From: Deltaproteobacteria bacterium
Lineage (GTDB): Bacteria > Desulfobacterota > Desulfuromonadia > Desulfuromonadales > Geopsychrobacteraceae
DNA: 64,000 nt
Direction of reading: 5' to 3'
NCBI GenBank assembly: GCA_024276935.1
Contig: JAJRWH010000043.1
Location: 5,416 to 69,415 of the forward strand
Below are positions 29,222 to 38,516 of the stretch, piece by piece (positions within the stretch are counted from its first letter, which is position 1; every line of letters starts with the position of its first letter). Below the pieces are notes generated by a model, which ran no database searches, had not been told where the DNA came from, and was given only the letters and a program-made list of their open reading frames with translations. A program made the position numbers and the translations under genes.

Positions 29222-30163
29222 ATGAGAATTGCCCTTGCCTGTCTTATTTGTCTGTTTGTGACGCTGCCTGCGTTGGCCATCGACCTGCCGCTGAAAGCCA
29301 GGGTTCAGGTTGAAGGAACCCAGGTTGGGTTGCGCGATCTGCTTTCAGCTTCTGACAGGGCCAGACTGGATAAGCTGGCCGGGCCGATTCGTCTGTTCAC
29401 CGCCCCGGAACCGGGGATGAAACGTCAGGTCAGCCGTCAGACTCTGGCCCGGTTGGTGGGGCGTCAGATTGATACCGATCAACTGCGCCTGACCGGAGCC
29501 GACAAGGTGACGATTATCCGCAAAGGGATCTGGATCGAACCGGCAGAGGTTCAAACGGTTCTCGAAGATTATCTGCATTCTGCGGCAGCCAAAATGCCCG
29601 GAGTCGATCTGCGGTTTGAAAAACTCTATCTGCCCCCACGATTTATGGTGGCCGTCGGCAAGGTTGAATACCAGGTTATTCCGGCCAACCCGCAGGTTAT
29701 TGGCAGTCGCAGCCTGACCTTGATTACCCGGGTCAACGGCAAGGTGGTTGCCAATCGCAATATTCGCGCGTCCATCAAGGCCAGTGCGCAGGTTGTGGTT
29801 ACCGTTACAGACATGAAGCGTGGGAAAAGACTTGCGGCCTCGGATCTGGTGCTGCAGCAGGTCGATATTTCACATCTGGAAAAACCATTTTTTACCATTG
29901 ATCAACTCCTGGGCAAACGTCTTAAACAGTCATTGCGGTCCGGCCAACCTTTACAGCGACGCCAGGTTGAGTTTCCGCCTCTGATCAAGCGGGGTGAGCT
30001 GGTAACGATTGAGGTCCGTGGTCGGGGGCTGCGCTTAACCGCCAGTGGTGAAGCACGTCAAAACGGTGAATTGGGTGAAACCATCCGGGTCCGAAACAGT
30101 CGGAGTCAACGGATTGTTTTGTGCCGGGTGAAAGCTTCAGGCCTGGTGAGTGTGGGGTTTTAG
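29222..30163 (+). CDS. flgA: Flagellar P-ring assembly chaperone FlgA
   Basis: 313 aa. Signal peptide, SAF-like segment, and C-terminal GEARQNGELGETIRVRNSRSQRIVLCRV. Lies between flgG and flgH. Confidence 0.85.
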   Translation: MRIALACLICLFVTLPALAIDLPLKARVQVEGTQVGLRDLLSASDRARLDKLAGPIRLFTAPEPGMKRQVSRQTLARLVGRQIDTDQLRLTGADKVTIIRKGIWIEPAEVQTVLEDYLHSAAAKMPGVDLRFEKLYLPPRFMVAVGKVEYQVIPANPQVIGSRSLTLITRVNGKVVANRNIRASIKASAQVVVTVTDMKRGKRLAASDLVLQQVDISHLEKPFFTIDQLLGKRLKQSLRSGQPLQRRQVEFPPLIKRGELVTIEVRGRGLRLTASGEARQNGELGETIRVRNSRSQRIVLCRVKASGLVSVGF

Positions 30164-30164
30164 G

Positions 30165-30857
30165 ATGAAAAGAATTGAAACCGTATTTCTGATGGGGATG
30201 TTGCTGATGGCTGGCTGTGCCATGCCGGTTGAAAAAATAGCCGTTCCCGAAGTCGAACCCTCTGAGCAGCTGGCCCTGTTGCCCGCTCAGCCGCAGAGTC
30301 CGGGCTCGCTCTGGACAGGATCGCGGCCAGCGCTGGTTGCTGATCGCAAGGGACGAACCGTTGGCGATATTGTGACCGTTGCTATTTTTGAGAAGGCCAG
30401 TGCCAGTAAAGAGGCCAGTACCTCCACTGGCCGTGACAGCAAGGTCTCGGCGGATATCACCAAGCTTCTCGGGATCGAAAAGAAATTGCCCGGAATGTTC
30501 AATCTGGGGATGGATCCGACCGATCTGCTGAATGCCAAGGCCTCCAACAGTTTCTCAGGGAGCGGCAAAACCTCTCGCACGGAAGATCTGGTGGCTTCGT
30601 TGACGACCCAGATTGTTCAGATCTACCCCAATGGCAACCTGCGCATCGCGGGGAATAAAACCGTGACCGTCAATAACGAGATGCAAATTGTCAAACTGAG
30701 CGGGATTGTTCGCGAGACCGATATCTCGCCCGCAAATGTTGTTGATTCGAAGAATATTCTGAATGCCCGGATTACCTACAACGGTCAGGGAGTGATCAGC
30801 GACAAGCAGAAACCAGGTTGGTTGGTGCGTTCGCTGGACGCCGTCTGGCCCTTTTAG
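30165..30857 (+). CDS. flgH: Flagellar L-ring lipoprotein FlgH
   Basis: Lipobox LLMAGC after MKRIETVFLMGM (ATG 30165). SLWTGSRPALVADRKGRTVGDIVTV. Confidence 0.94.
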   Translation: MKRIETVFLMGMLLMAGCAMPVEKIAVPEVEPSEQLALLPAQPQSPGSLWTGSRPALVADRKGRTVGDIVTVAIFEKASASKEASTSTGRDSKVSADITKLLGIEKKLPGMFNLGMDPTDLLNAKASNSFSGSGKTSRTEDLVASLTTQIVQIYPNGNLRIAGNKTVTVNNEMQIVKLSGIVRETDISPANVVDSKNILNARITYNGQGVISDKQKPGWLVRSLDAVWPF

Positions 30858-30886
30858 GCCTGGCCGCTATTGCAAGAGGACAAAAG

Positions 30887-31984
30887 ATGATGCCCAAACG
30901 GATATTCCTGTTGGTCCTGAGCCTGTTCCTGTTACCCCTGACAGCCAATGCAGTGCGGATCAAGGATCTGACAGATATCGAAGGTGTTCGTTCAAACCAG
31001 CTGGTTGGCTATGGTCTGGTGGTCGGTTTGAATGGTACCGGCGACAGCAAAAATACCAGTTTTACCATTCAGTCGTTACTCAACATGATGGAACGGATGG
31101 GCCTGACTGTCGACCCGACCAAGGTTGATGTCAATAACGTAGCCGCAGTTATGGTGACCGCCGAACTGCCTGCTTTTGTCCGGGTTGGCAGCCGGATTGA
31201 CGTTTCGGTCGCCTCGGTGGGTGATGCGACCAATCTGGCCGGCGGTACCCTGATGATGGTTCCACTCAAGGCTGCGGACGGTCAGTATTATGCTGTTGCC
31301 CAGGGGCCGCTGGTTGTGGGTTCACTGGCTTTTGGCGGCAAGGCGGCCAAGGTACAGAAAAATCATCCGACCAGTGGCCGGATTCCTGATGGCGCGATTG
31401 TCGAGCGTGAGGTTTATAATGATTTCGAAAGCCTGAGTCAGTTGAATTATCGTCTCAAAGAGGCTGACTTTACCACGTTGACGCGCATGACCAAAGTGAT
31501 CAACGAATATTTCGGGGCTGAAATTGCCCATGCCATAGATTCTGTTGCCATGCAGGTGACACCACCCAAGTCGTATCAGGGCAAACTGGCCGATTTTGTC
31601 GCTGAGATTGAAGTGCTTGATGTTGTTCCGGATATCCCGGCACGGATTGTTGTCAATGAGAAAACCGGAACCATTGTCATGGGTGACAATGTGCGGATTT
31701 CGACCGTGGCGGTTTCCCATGGCAACCTCAATCTGGTTATTGGGGAATCAGCAGATGTCTCCCAGCCCAATCCGCTGGCTCAGGGGCAGACGGTGGTGGT
31801 GCCACAGACCACGGTTGACGTCAATGAAGAAAAGGGCAATCTGGTTGTCATGTCGATGGGCGTAAGTATTGGTGATGTTGCCAGTGCCCTGAATGCCATT
31901 GGTGCCAGTCCGCGGGATCTGATCGCCATCTTCCAGGCGATCAAGGCTTCAGGGGCGCTGCATGCAGACCTGGTGGTGCTCTGA
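30887..31984 (+). CDS. flgI: Flagellar P-ring protein FlgI
   Basis: Signal peptide MMPKRIFLLVLSLFLLPLTANA, then RIKDLTDIEGVRSNQLVGYGLVVGLNGTGD. C-terminal LIAIFQAIKASGALHADLVVL. Confidence 0.96.
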   Translation: MMPKRIFLLVLSLFLLPLTANAVRIKDLTDIEGVRSNQLVGYGLVVGLNGTGDSKNTSFTIQSLLNMMERMGLTVDPTKVDVNNVAAVMVTAELPAFVRVGSRIDVSVASVGDATNLAGGTLMMVPLKAADGQYYAVAQGPLVVGSLAFGGKAAKVQKNHPTSGRIPDGAIVEREVYNDFESLSQLNYRLKEADFTTLTRMTKVINEYFGAEIAHAIDSVAMQVTPPKSYQGKLADFVAEIEVLDVVPDIPARIVVNEKTGTIVMGDNVRISTVAVSHGNLNLVIGESADVSQPNPLAQGQTVVVPQTTVDVNEEKGNLVVMSMGVSIGDVASALNAIGASPRDLIAIFQAIKASGALHADLVVL

Positions 31985-32283
31985 TGAAGATCGATGCCCA
32001 GGCCAGATTGCTGGCAACGCAGGCCCTGCAAAATCCCACGACAAAGCCCGGTGGAGGCAAAGAAATTGTCGAAACAGCCAGAGAATTCGAAGCCATCTTT
32101 GTTCAGCAGGTCTTTAAAGGGATGCGCCGGACGATTCCCGACAGTGGTTTACTGCCACGGGGGAATGCCGAAGAGATCTTTTATGACATGCAGGATGTGG
32201 AAGCCGCCAAACAGTTGACCCGGCATGGGGGGATCGGCCTCAGTGAGATGTTGATTGAACAAATGACGAAAGACGGAGGCTGA
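31984..32283 (+). CDS. flgJ: Rod-binding protein (FlgJ N-terminal domain only; no muramidase domain)
   Basis: 99 aa. AREFEAIFVQQVFKGMRRTIP. The ORF ends right after the rod-binding domain. Confidence 0.8.
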   Translation: MKIDAQARLLATQALQNPTTKPGGGKEIVETAREFEAIFVQQVFKGMRRTIPDSGLLPRGNAEEIFYDMQDVEAAKQLTRHGGIGLSEMLIEQMTKDGG

Positions 32284-32351
32284 CTGGGAAAGCTCTTTCA
32301 GGTGGTTCCTCCCTTTTTGCCAAATAGAGGCAGATTTTCCCGCAAAAAAGC

Positions 32352-32379
32352 TAAAGCTTTTCCTTTCTTCTGTCGATAA
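32352..32379 (+). promoter_or_regulatory. Sigma28 (FliA) promoter
   Basis: TAAA-N16-GTCGATAA (consensus TAAA-N15-GCCGATAA), located 62 nt upstream of the ATG at 32442. Confidence 0.6.
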
Positions 32380-32441
32380 CAAGTTATAAGAGCTGAAAAC
32401 AGCAAGGTTGCACGAGGCGATCGAAACTGATCCTTCCATGG

Positions 32442-33017
32442 ATGGAGGAGACAATGGTCGACAAATTATCACCGGTTAAACCGGTTCAGAATGCAGCAGA
32501 AAAGCATCAGGGGTTATCCCGCAAGCCTGAAAAAGAGACCCGGGAGAAAATCTTCACCGGGGATGATCGGGTGACTGTTGATCCGGAAACGTCGCCAGCG
32601 ACCTACGGCAAACTGGCAGGGGTCGAAGTCGGGTCAGCTTATCAGCTGTTACAGCAGCTGGTGGTTAAAACCCTGAACGATCAGGGGGTTACCAGCCAGA
32701 TCAGTATTGGAGAAAAAACCATCGATCTGGGAACCCTGTCGCCGGAGGCGGCTAAGGAGCTGGTCAGTGATGAGGGTTATTTCGGGGTTGAAAAAACTTC
32801 GCAACGGATCGTCGATTTTGCGATCAATGCCTTTGGCAATGATCCAACCAGGCTGACTCAGATGAAAGATGCGATCGAAAAAGGTTTCAAGGAAGCAGCG
32901 GACGTCTTTGGTGGCATGTTGCCAGAGATTTCGCATCAAACCTACGCCGCGGTGATGGACAAACTGGACGATTTTGCCCGCGGAACAGGTGACATAAGAG
33001 GAGATGATCATGGTTGA
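32442..33017 (+). CDS. Conserved-looking hypothetical protein, first gene of the sigma28-driven flgM operon
   Basis: 191 aa. Hydrophilic N-terminus, then a helical domain with EGYFGVEKTSQRIVDFAINAF. The 3' end overlaps the flgM start by 14 nt. Confidence 0.45.
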   Translation: MEETMVDKLSPVKPVQNAAEKHQGLSRKPEKETREKIFTGDDRVTVDPETSPATYGKLAGVEVGSAYQLLQQLVVKTLNDQGVTSQISIGEKTIDLGTLSPEAAKELVSDEGYFGVEKTSQRIVDFAINAFGNDPTRLTQMKDAIEKGFKEAADVFGGMLPEISHQTYAAVMDKLDDFARGTGDIRGDDHG

Positions 33018-33303
33018 TCGAATAATCGGAGGCAAAGGGGTTGGCCCCTTGAGCGAGACCAGAGGCAGCCGCAAGGCAGAGCCAAAGAAACAGGCAGAAA
33101 AAGGATCACGGGGTGACCGGGTCGAGTTTTCTGATGTCTTGCAGAGTGTCAGCCGGGCAACCGGTCCTGAGTCGACAACCGAAACGGCACGTAACGAAAA
33201 AGTCCAACAGCTCAAACAACAGATTGCCAGTGGTCAGTATCGACCTGATCTTGAAAAGGTTGCGGCCAGTCTGCTCAAATTTATCGTTGAGGATCAATCC
33301 TGA
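33004..33303 (+). CDS. flgM: Anti-sigma28 factor FlgM
   Basis: 99 aa. DRVEFSD..., C-terminal KVQQLKQQIASGQYRPDLEKVAASLLKFI. Confidence 0.85.
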   Translation: MIMVDRIIGGKGVGPLSETRGSRKAEPKKQAEKGSRGDRVEFSDVLQSVSRATGPESTTETARNEKVQQLKQQIASGQYRPDLEKVAASLLKFIVEDQS

Positions 33304-33656
33304 TGAAGGTTGAACAGGTTCAGGAAAAATTGGACAAACTGCTTGAGCTTCTGCATCAGGAGCGTCAAGCGGCGATTGCCCTCGATATGCAGGAACTGGA
33401 GCGGGTCGTAACTTGCAAGCAACAACTGTTACATGGTTTTGATCCTCAACCCCAGGAAACAGAAGGTCTCGAAGATCTGTTGCGGCAGGTCGACAACGAA
33501 AACCGTCGCAATGCCTATCTGATCTGGGCGGGGCTTGGCTGGGTACGTGAAATGATGGTTTTTTTCGGGCGCTCGACTGCCCAGTCAACCTATGGTGTCA
33601 AGGGACAGCAGTGTTCCCACCAGGTTGAAGGACGACTTCTTTCGGGAAAGGTCTGA
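33303..33656 (+). CDS. flgN: FlgN-like export chaperone for FlgK/FlgL
   Basis: 117-aa helical protein (LDKLLELLHQERQAAIALDMQELERVVTCKQQLL) between flgM and flgK. Confidence 0.65.
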   Translation: MKVEQVQEKLDKLLELLHQERQAAIALDMQELERVVTCKQQLLHGFDPQPQETEGLEDLLRQVDNENRRNAYLIWAGLGWVREMMVFFGRSTAQSTYGVKGQQCSHQVEGRLLSGKV

Positions 33657-33660
33657 AGCC

Positions 33661-35037
33661 ATGGGCGGCCTGAATGCAGCACTCAACTCAGGAAAAACAT
33701 CCCTGCTGACCAATCAGAAGGCGATTGAGATCACGGGTCTCAACGTTGCCAACGTCAATACCCCGGGTTATTCGCGCCAGAATCCTTACCTGACACCCTA
33801 TCCGGCCCTGGCATTCGGGGATTATTTTATCGGTACCGGAGTAACGGTAGGGTCTGTTCAGCGTGCCCATGACAATTTTCTGGCGGGTCAGATCAATGAC
33901 AAGGGTGCCGAGTTCGGTTTCGAAAATTCGCAAATCAATACCCTTGCCGAGGTCGAGCGCGAGATCGGGATTGGTGACGGTAGTCTGTCGGATGAGATTG
34001 ATCAGTTCTTTGATGCCTGGCGGCAGCTCAGCACCAATCCTGGTGGAGAAGTTGAACGCCAGCAGGTTTTACAACGCGGTGGATTGCTGGCCGACAAGTT
34101 TCACAATATCGATACTGGTTTGCAGCAGATTCGCAAGAATATCAATATCGACCTGACCGGCAAGATCGACGGGATCAACCAGAAGCTGTACGAAATTGCT
34201 GATCTCAACAATCGGATTTCTGCCATTGAACTGGCAGGACAAGATGCCAACAGTGATCGTGATCGGCGCGACATGCTGCTCAAGGGGCTTTCTGAAACTC
34301 TGGGCGTTACTGGGTTTGAAACCTCGACCAGCACCCTGTCGGTCCAACTTCCCAATGGGATGCCTCTGGTTGAGGGGGATATCGTCACTCCGTTGGAAGG
34401 CTATGTTTCTGGTGTGGATCTGCAGCTGCGGCTCAAATTCGGCGATACCAATATCAACCTTGATCGTACCGATGTCGGGGGTGAAATCGGGGGGTTGTAT
34501 CAGGTCCGCGATGTCATGATCCCTGATGTTGTTAACCGTCTTGACACCCTGGCCTACGAAGTGAGTTCCCGGATCAACACGCAGCACCAGTTGGGCACAG
34601 GTCTGGACGGGGTCAGTGGACGTGACTTTTTTGTTCCTCTGGCAGGGGTTGCCGGTGCGGCGTCATCCATCGACATGAATATCACCCAGACCCGTGAGGT
34701 TGCTGCCGGGACCACCAGTGCGCCTGGTGACAATACCAATTCGTTGTCCATTCTGGGGCTTGAAACGGCCCAGACAATCGGCAATGACAACTTTGTTTCC
34801 TATTACGGAAAAATTGCAGCAAAAGTGGGGGTTGAGACCGCTCGCAACCGTCAGGCCAAAGAGGGGCTGCGTGATTCTCTTGATTCACTCAACAACCTGC
34901 GTGACAGTGTCGATGGTGTTTCCCTCGAAGAAGAAATGATCAATCTGATGCAGTACCAGAAAGGCTACGAGGCTTCGGCCAAGTTCCTGTCAACGGTTGA
35001 TGAAATGTTGGACACTCTTCTGTCCCTGAAAAGGTAG
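33661..35037 (+). CDS. flgK: Hook-filament junction protein FlgK (HAP1)
   Basis: Start MGGLNAALNSGKTSLLTNQKAIEITGLNVANVNTPGYSRQ (ATG 33661). C-terminal GVSLEEEMINLMQYQKGYEASAKFL. Confidence 0.94.
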   Translation: MGGLNAALNSGKTSLLTNQKAIEITGLNVANVNTPGYSRQNPYLTPYPALAFGDYFIGTGVTVGSVQRAHDNFLAGQINDKGAEFGFENSQINTLAEVEREIGIGDGSLSDEIDQFFDAWRQLSTNPGGEVERQQVLQRGGLLADKFHNIDTGLQQIRKNINIDLTGKIDGINQKLYEIADLNNRISAIELAGQDANSDRDRRDMLLKGLSETLGVTGFETSTSTLSVQLPNGMPLVEGDIVTPLEGYVSGVDLQLRLKFGDTNINLDRTDVGGEIGGLYQVRDVMIPDVVNRLDTLAYEVSSRINTQHQLGTGLDGVSGRDFFVPLAGVAGAASSIDMNITQTREVAAGTTSAPGDNTNSLSILGLETAQTIGNDNFVSYYGKIAAKVGVETARNRQAKEGLRDSLDSLNNLRDSVDGVSLEEEMINLMQYQKGYEASAKFLSTVDEMLDTLLSLKR

Positions 35038-35043
35038 GCTGAT

Positions 35044-35979
35044 ATGAGAGCAACCCAGACCACCACCTTTCGCAGTTTGCAGAATTACCTGGATAAGGCA
35101 AGTACCCGCCTGCAGTCTTTGCAGTTGGCGGCGGCTACCGGTAAGCGGCTCAATCGCCCCTCAGATGATGCGACAGCGATCAGCCCGGTCCTGTCGGCTC
35201 GGACCCAGATCAAGAATTCAGACCGTTATCTTGAAACCATCGCTTCGGGGCTTGATCGGATCAACAATATGGATGGCAATCTCAATAATATTGAAAATGT
35301 CATGCAACGAATTCGTGAAATCAGTCTGGCTGCAGTCAACGATACGCTCAGTGCCAATGACCGACTGACCTATGCCAATGAGGTAGGTCAACTCAAGCAG
35401 GCCCTGCTCGATACCGGTAATGCCCAGGTTGACGGCAAGTTCCTGTTTGCCGGGTTTGCCGAAAAGACCAAACCCTTTACGGTGAATCCCAATTATCCGG
35501 CAACCCAGCCGAATCCGGTTGTCTACAATGGTGACCAGGGTGTGGTGCAGTATGAAATCGGTCCGGGTGAAAAAATAGCGGTCAATATCACCGGGAGTGC
35601 CTTGTTACTGGGTGATGCGGACAATGACGGGACGACCGACCCGGGGGCGGTTGATATCTTTGCCGTCATTACCTCGATCGAAGAAGCACTGCGTGCAGAC
35701 AATCCTGCCGGGGTTGAGGCCCAGCTGACCAATCTTGAGACCGGGGCCGATCAGGTCCGGACCCAACGCAGCCTCAAGGGAAATATCGGGGCCAGGCTGA
35801 CTCTGGCCAGCGATCATATGGAGCAGGTAAAGATCGACATGGAAACCATGAGGTCAAGGTTTGAAGATGCCGATATTCTCGAAACCATCACGAATCTTGA
35901 ACAACAGCAGCAGGGATTTCAGGCCGCACTCAGTGTTACCGGCAAAGTGAATGACCTGTCGATTCTCAACTATATTTAG
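35044..35979 (+). CDS. flgL: Hook-filament junction protein FlgL (HAP3)
   Basis: 311 aa. Flagellin-like N- and C-termini (MRATQTTTFRSLQNYLDKASTRLQSLQ; DADILETITNLEQQQQGFQAALSV). Confidence 0.9.
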   Translation: MRATQTTTFRSLQNYLDKASTRLQSLQLAAATGKRLNRPSDDATAISPVLSARTQIKNSDRYLETIASGLDRINNMDGNLNNIENVMQRIREISLAAVNDTLSANDRLTYANEVGQLKQALLDTGNAQVDGKFLFAGFAEKTKPFTVNPNYPATQPNPVVYNGDQGVVQYEIGPGEKIAVNITGSALLLGDADNDGTTDPGAVDIFAVITSIEEALRADNPAGVEAQLTNLETGADQVRTQRSLKGNIGARLTLASDHMEQVKIDMETMRSRFEDADILETITNLEQQQQGFQAALSVTGKVNDLSILNYI

Positions 35980-36058
35980 CAACTGACGCGGCCCAGGAGC
36001 TGCTGATCCTCTAGCCGGACTGTGGAGCAGATCCGGACCTTCAGCCAGGGAGGGCGAA

Positions 36059-36298
36059 ATGCTGGTATTGACACGCAAGGCAGGTGAAGGGATCGTCATT
36101 GGTGACGATATCCGGATTACGATTGTCGAACTGAAAGGCGGTGGGGCGCGGATTGGAATTGATGCCCCGCGTTCGACCAAGGTCCATCGGCTCGAAGTTT
36201 ACGAACGGATCATTCAAGAGAACAAGGAAGCGGCTCAGTGGGATATCGCTGATCTCGATGCCTTGAGCCAGAGTATCGTCCAGGAGAAAAAATCATGA
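36059..36298 (+). CDS. csrA: Carbon storage regulator CsrA (flagellar FliW-partnered type)
   Basis: [51 protein letters not shown]. 79 aa. ATGA overlap with fliW. Confidence 0.96.
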   Translation: MLVLTRKAGEGIVIGDDIRITIVELKGGGARIGIDAPRSTKVHRLEVYERIIQENKEAAQWDIADLDALSQSIVQEKKS

Positions 36299-36759
36299 AA
36301 AAGATCATGTCCCGTTTCGGTGAGATTGAATATGATCCGCAAAAAACCATCCACTTTCCTGAGGGGCTGATCGGTTTTGATGGCCTGCGCAATTTTGTGG
36401 TCGTTCCCAGCAAGAAAGAGGGTCCATTGTTCTGGATCCAGAGTGTTGACGATTCTCAGGTTGCCTTTGTGTTGACCGATCCAACCAACTTTTTTCTTGA
36501 TTATAAGGTGGTGCCTGATCAGACCGAATGCACCAAGCTTGGGATAGAAGATCCTGCTGAGTGTGTGGCTCTGTCTGTTGTAACCGTTCATCCCGATAAA
36601 AGTATAACGCTTAACTTGCAGGCTCCGGTGCTTTACGCGCCGCAGAAAAGCCGGGCGTTGCAGGTGATTCTCGAAAAAACCAAATACGAAAGTCGGACTC
36701 CCTTGCCTGCGGTATCCTCTGCGCCTGCAAATGGGCAGGGAGCTGCGGCAGCAGGGTAG
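36295..36759 (+). CDS. fliW: Flagellar assembly factor FliW (CsrA antagonist)
   Basis: [58 protein letters not shown]. Confidence 0.93.
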   Translation: MKKIMSRFGEIEYDPQKTIHFPEGLIGFDGLRNFVVVPSKKEGPLFWIQSVDDSQVAFVLTDPTNFFLDYKVVPDQTECTKLGIEDPAECVALSVVTVHPDKSITLNLQAPVLYAPQKSRALQVILEKTKYESRTPLPAVSSAPANGQGAAAAG

Positions 36760-36791
36760 CAAGCTGCTTGCCATTGCCACAGAGTCAAAGA

Positions 36792-36829
36792 AAACGGCTC
36801 TTTCATTTCTGGATGAGAGGGCCGTTTTT
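36792..36829 (+). terminator. Rho-independent terminator after fliW
   Basis: AAACGGCTCTTTCAT / ATGAGAGGGCCGTTT form a long stem (two G-U pairs) with loop TTCTGG, followed by a T-run. Confidence 0.75.
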
Positions 36830-36872
36830 GTGGTTGTCCCATCAGGTAAAATATCCCCCCCCATTTCTGTTT

Positions 36873-36887
36873 TGGCACGATTAATGA
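36873..36887 (+). promoter_or_regulatory. Weak sigma54-like element upstream of maf1
   Basis: TGGCACGATTAATGA has a perfect -24 (TGGCACG) but a poor -12 (ATGA instead of TTGC). It lies 79 nt upstream of the GTG at 36966. Confidence 0.25.
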
Positions 36888-36965
36888 TCTTTCACTGTTC
36901 TGCGTGGTTTGGAAGGCCCTTCAGGGATGATATTAGCCGATATTTTGACGCGCGGAGATCTATAA

Positions 36966-38249
36966 GTGTTCGAACAAAACCTCCAGATAATCAAACAACG
37001 CTGGCCGCAACTCGCCTTGCAACTCGCCGATATTTCCAGCTTGCCGGACGTCGAATTGATTCGCAGAAGCGAGACCAGTTTGCGGGTGCAGGGACTGCAG
37101 CTGACCAGTTGCTTTGATCGGCGTAGTGAGGCGCATTTGCAGGCTTCTCTGGTTCCGAAGGAGAGTGGCAGGGTGCAGGTCTATGGTCTGGCTCTGGGCG
37201 ACTTGCAGGAGGTTTTGCTCGAACGAGCCGAACTGGAACAACTGAACGTTGTAATCATGAATCTTGCCCTGGCAAGGAGCTGTCTTGAGCATTTTGATCA
37301 GCGTGGCTGGCTTGAGGACCCAAGGGTCAATCTTTTGACTGCCCAGGGTCTTAAACTGCCTCTTCCCCCCTTTGCTGCCGCGCCGGTTTGTTTGCAGCTG
37401 GCCGATGAATCAGCCTGTGAGTTGCGTGACCGAATTGTCCTTGAGCTGGCGACACCAGAAATAAGACGCCGCTGTGGAGCAGGTAATCTCAGGTTACAGC
37501 GGCGGTTGATCGAGAACAAACCTTATATCGAGCAGGATGAGGATGTTGCCCTGTTTTTTGGTCGAATTGGTGACAAGCGCGCAGTTGTTGCAGCTGCCGG
37601 TCCCAGTCTGGAGATGCATTACGATTTCTTGCATCGAGAACGGGATAACATCTGGCTCATTACCGTTGATGCGGCACTTAAACCCTTACTTGCTGCGGGG
37701 ATCACCCCTGACGTCGTGCTGACAATCGATCCCCATGAAACAAGAATTTTGCCATTTTTCTCTGAGATCGAACCCGCAGTGTTAAAGGAAACGGTGCTGG
37801 TTTATTTCCCTCTGGTCCACCACAGGGTTCTGGATGCCTGGCCCGGTGTCAGGTTCTGTGCCTATGCCCGTCATCCTTTGTACGCTGAACTGGCCTTGCA
37901 ACATCCACGCGGCAGTCTTTTTTCTTCCGGTAGCGTTATTCACCCGGCAGTTGATCTGGCCGTCCAGGCGGGAGCTGCCGAGGTGGTGTTGCTGGGTGCT
38001 GATTTCTGTTATCCGCAGCATAAAAGTCATGTTGACGGGTGTGTGGTTCAGGTTGAGCTTCCGGCAACAAAGCATGAGCACTGGGTTCTCAATGGCAGAA
38101 AAGAACGGGTACCGACTCACCTGAACATGCGTGGTTTTCTGCGTGATCTCGAATGCTATATCGAAAGTCATTCTCAGGTGAAATTTATCAATGGCAGTCG
38201 GAGCGGAGCGCTGATTGCGGGGACTTGTTATTTACAGGAGGCCTCATGA
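36966..38249 (+). CDS. Motility-associated factor (Maf, DUF115/MptE-like) putative flagellin glycosyltransferase
   Basis: 427 aa, GTG start. VVAAAGPSLEMHYDFL, ITVDAALKPLLAAGITPDVVLTIDPHE, GSVIHPAVDLAVQAGAAEVVLLGADFCY. Confidence 0.8.
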   Translation: MFEQNLQIIKQRWPQLALQLADISSLPDVELIRRSETSLRVQGLQLTSCFDRRSEAHLQASLVPKESGRVQVYGLALGDLQEVLLERAELEQLNVVIMNLALARSCLEHFDQRGWLEDPRVNLLTAQGLKLPLPPFAAAPVCLQLADESACELRDRIVLELATPEIRRRCGAGNLRLQRRLIENKPYIEQDEDVALFFGRIGDKRAVVAAAGPSLEMHYDFLHRERDNIWLITVDAALKPLLAAGITPDVVLTIDPHETRILPFFSEIEPAVLKETVLVYFPLVHHRVLDAWPGVRFCAYARHPLYAELALQHPRGSLFSSGSVIHPAVDLAVQAGAAEVVLLGADFCYPQHKSHVDGCVVQVELPATKHEHWVLNGRKERVPTHLNMRGFLRDLECYIESHSQVKFINGSRSGALIAGTCYLQEAS

Positions 38250-38503
38250 GTCTTCAGCTCTGCCGGATGCATCTGGATGCAGCAGTCCGGAGCTTTCGAC
38301 TTGGGATCGAAGGTGAGGGCAGTCACCACTTGCTGGCCTTTATCGATGTTGTTGAACCTTTGTTGGCCAATGCTTCTGTGACGGAACTTCAGCGGATAAC
38401 GCCGCTACTCAACCAGATTGTTGCTGCCCAGAGTCGGATGGATTTTTTGTGTGTGGCTGACCTGCTCGAATATGAAAATCTGCTCCCCGGATTGCCGGGC
38501 TAA
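38246..38503 (+). CDS. Small helical hypothetical protein between the two maf genes
   Basis: 85 aa (MSLQLCRMHLDAAVRSFRLG...). The ATG overlaps the maf1 stop (ATGA). It ends 13 nt before the maf2 ATG. No recognisable motif. Confidence 0.4.
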   Translation: MSLQLCRMHLDAAVRSFRLGIEGEGSHHLLAFIDVVEPLLANASVTELQRITPLLNQIVAAQSRMDFLCVADLLEYENLLPGLPG

Positions 38504-38516
38504 AAAGGGATATCTG

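Noticed and set aside
10377-36864. Shadow ORFs opposite fliJ (10377..10892 -), fliL (16922..17437 -), flgM region (32649..33215 -) and fliW (36235..36864 -)
   Set aside because: All are antisense to recognisable flagellar genes and show repetitive, low-complexity translations.
36936-36943. GCCGATAT sigma28 -10-like box upstream of maf1
   Set aside because: There is no TAAA-like -35 at the required 15-16 nt spacing (CCCT instead). I keep it only as a remote possibility.
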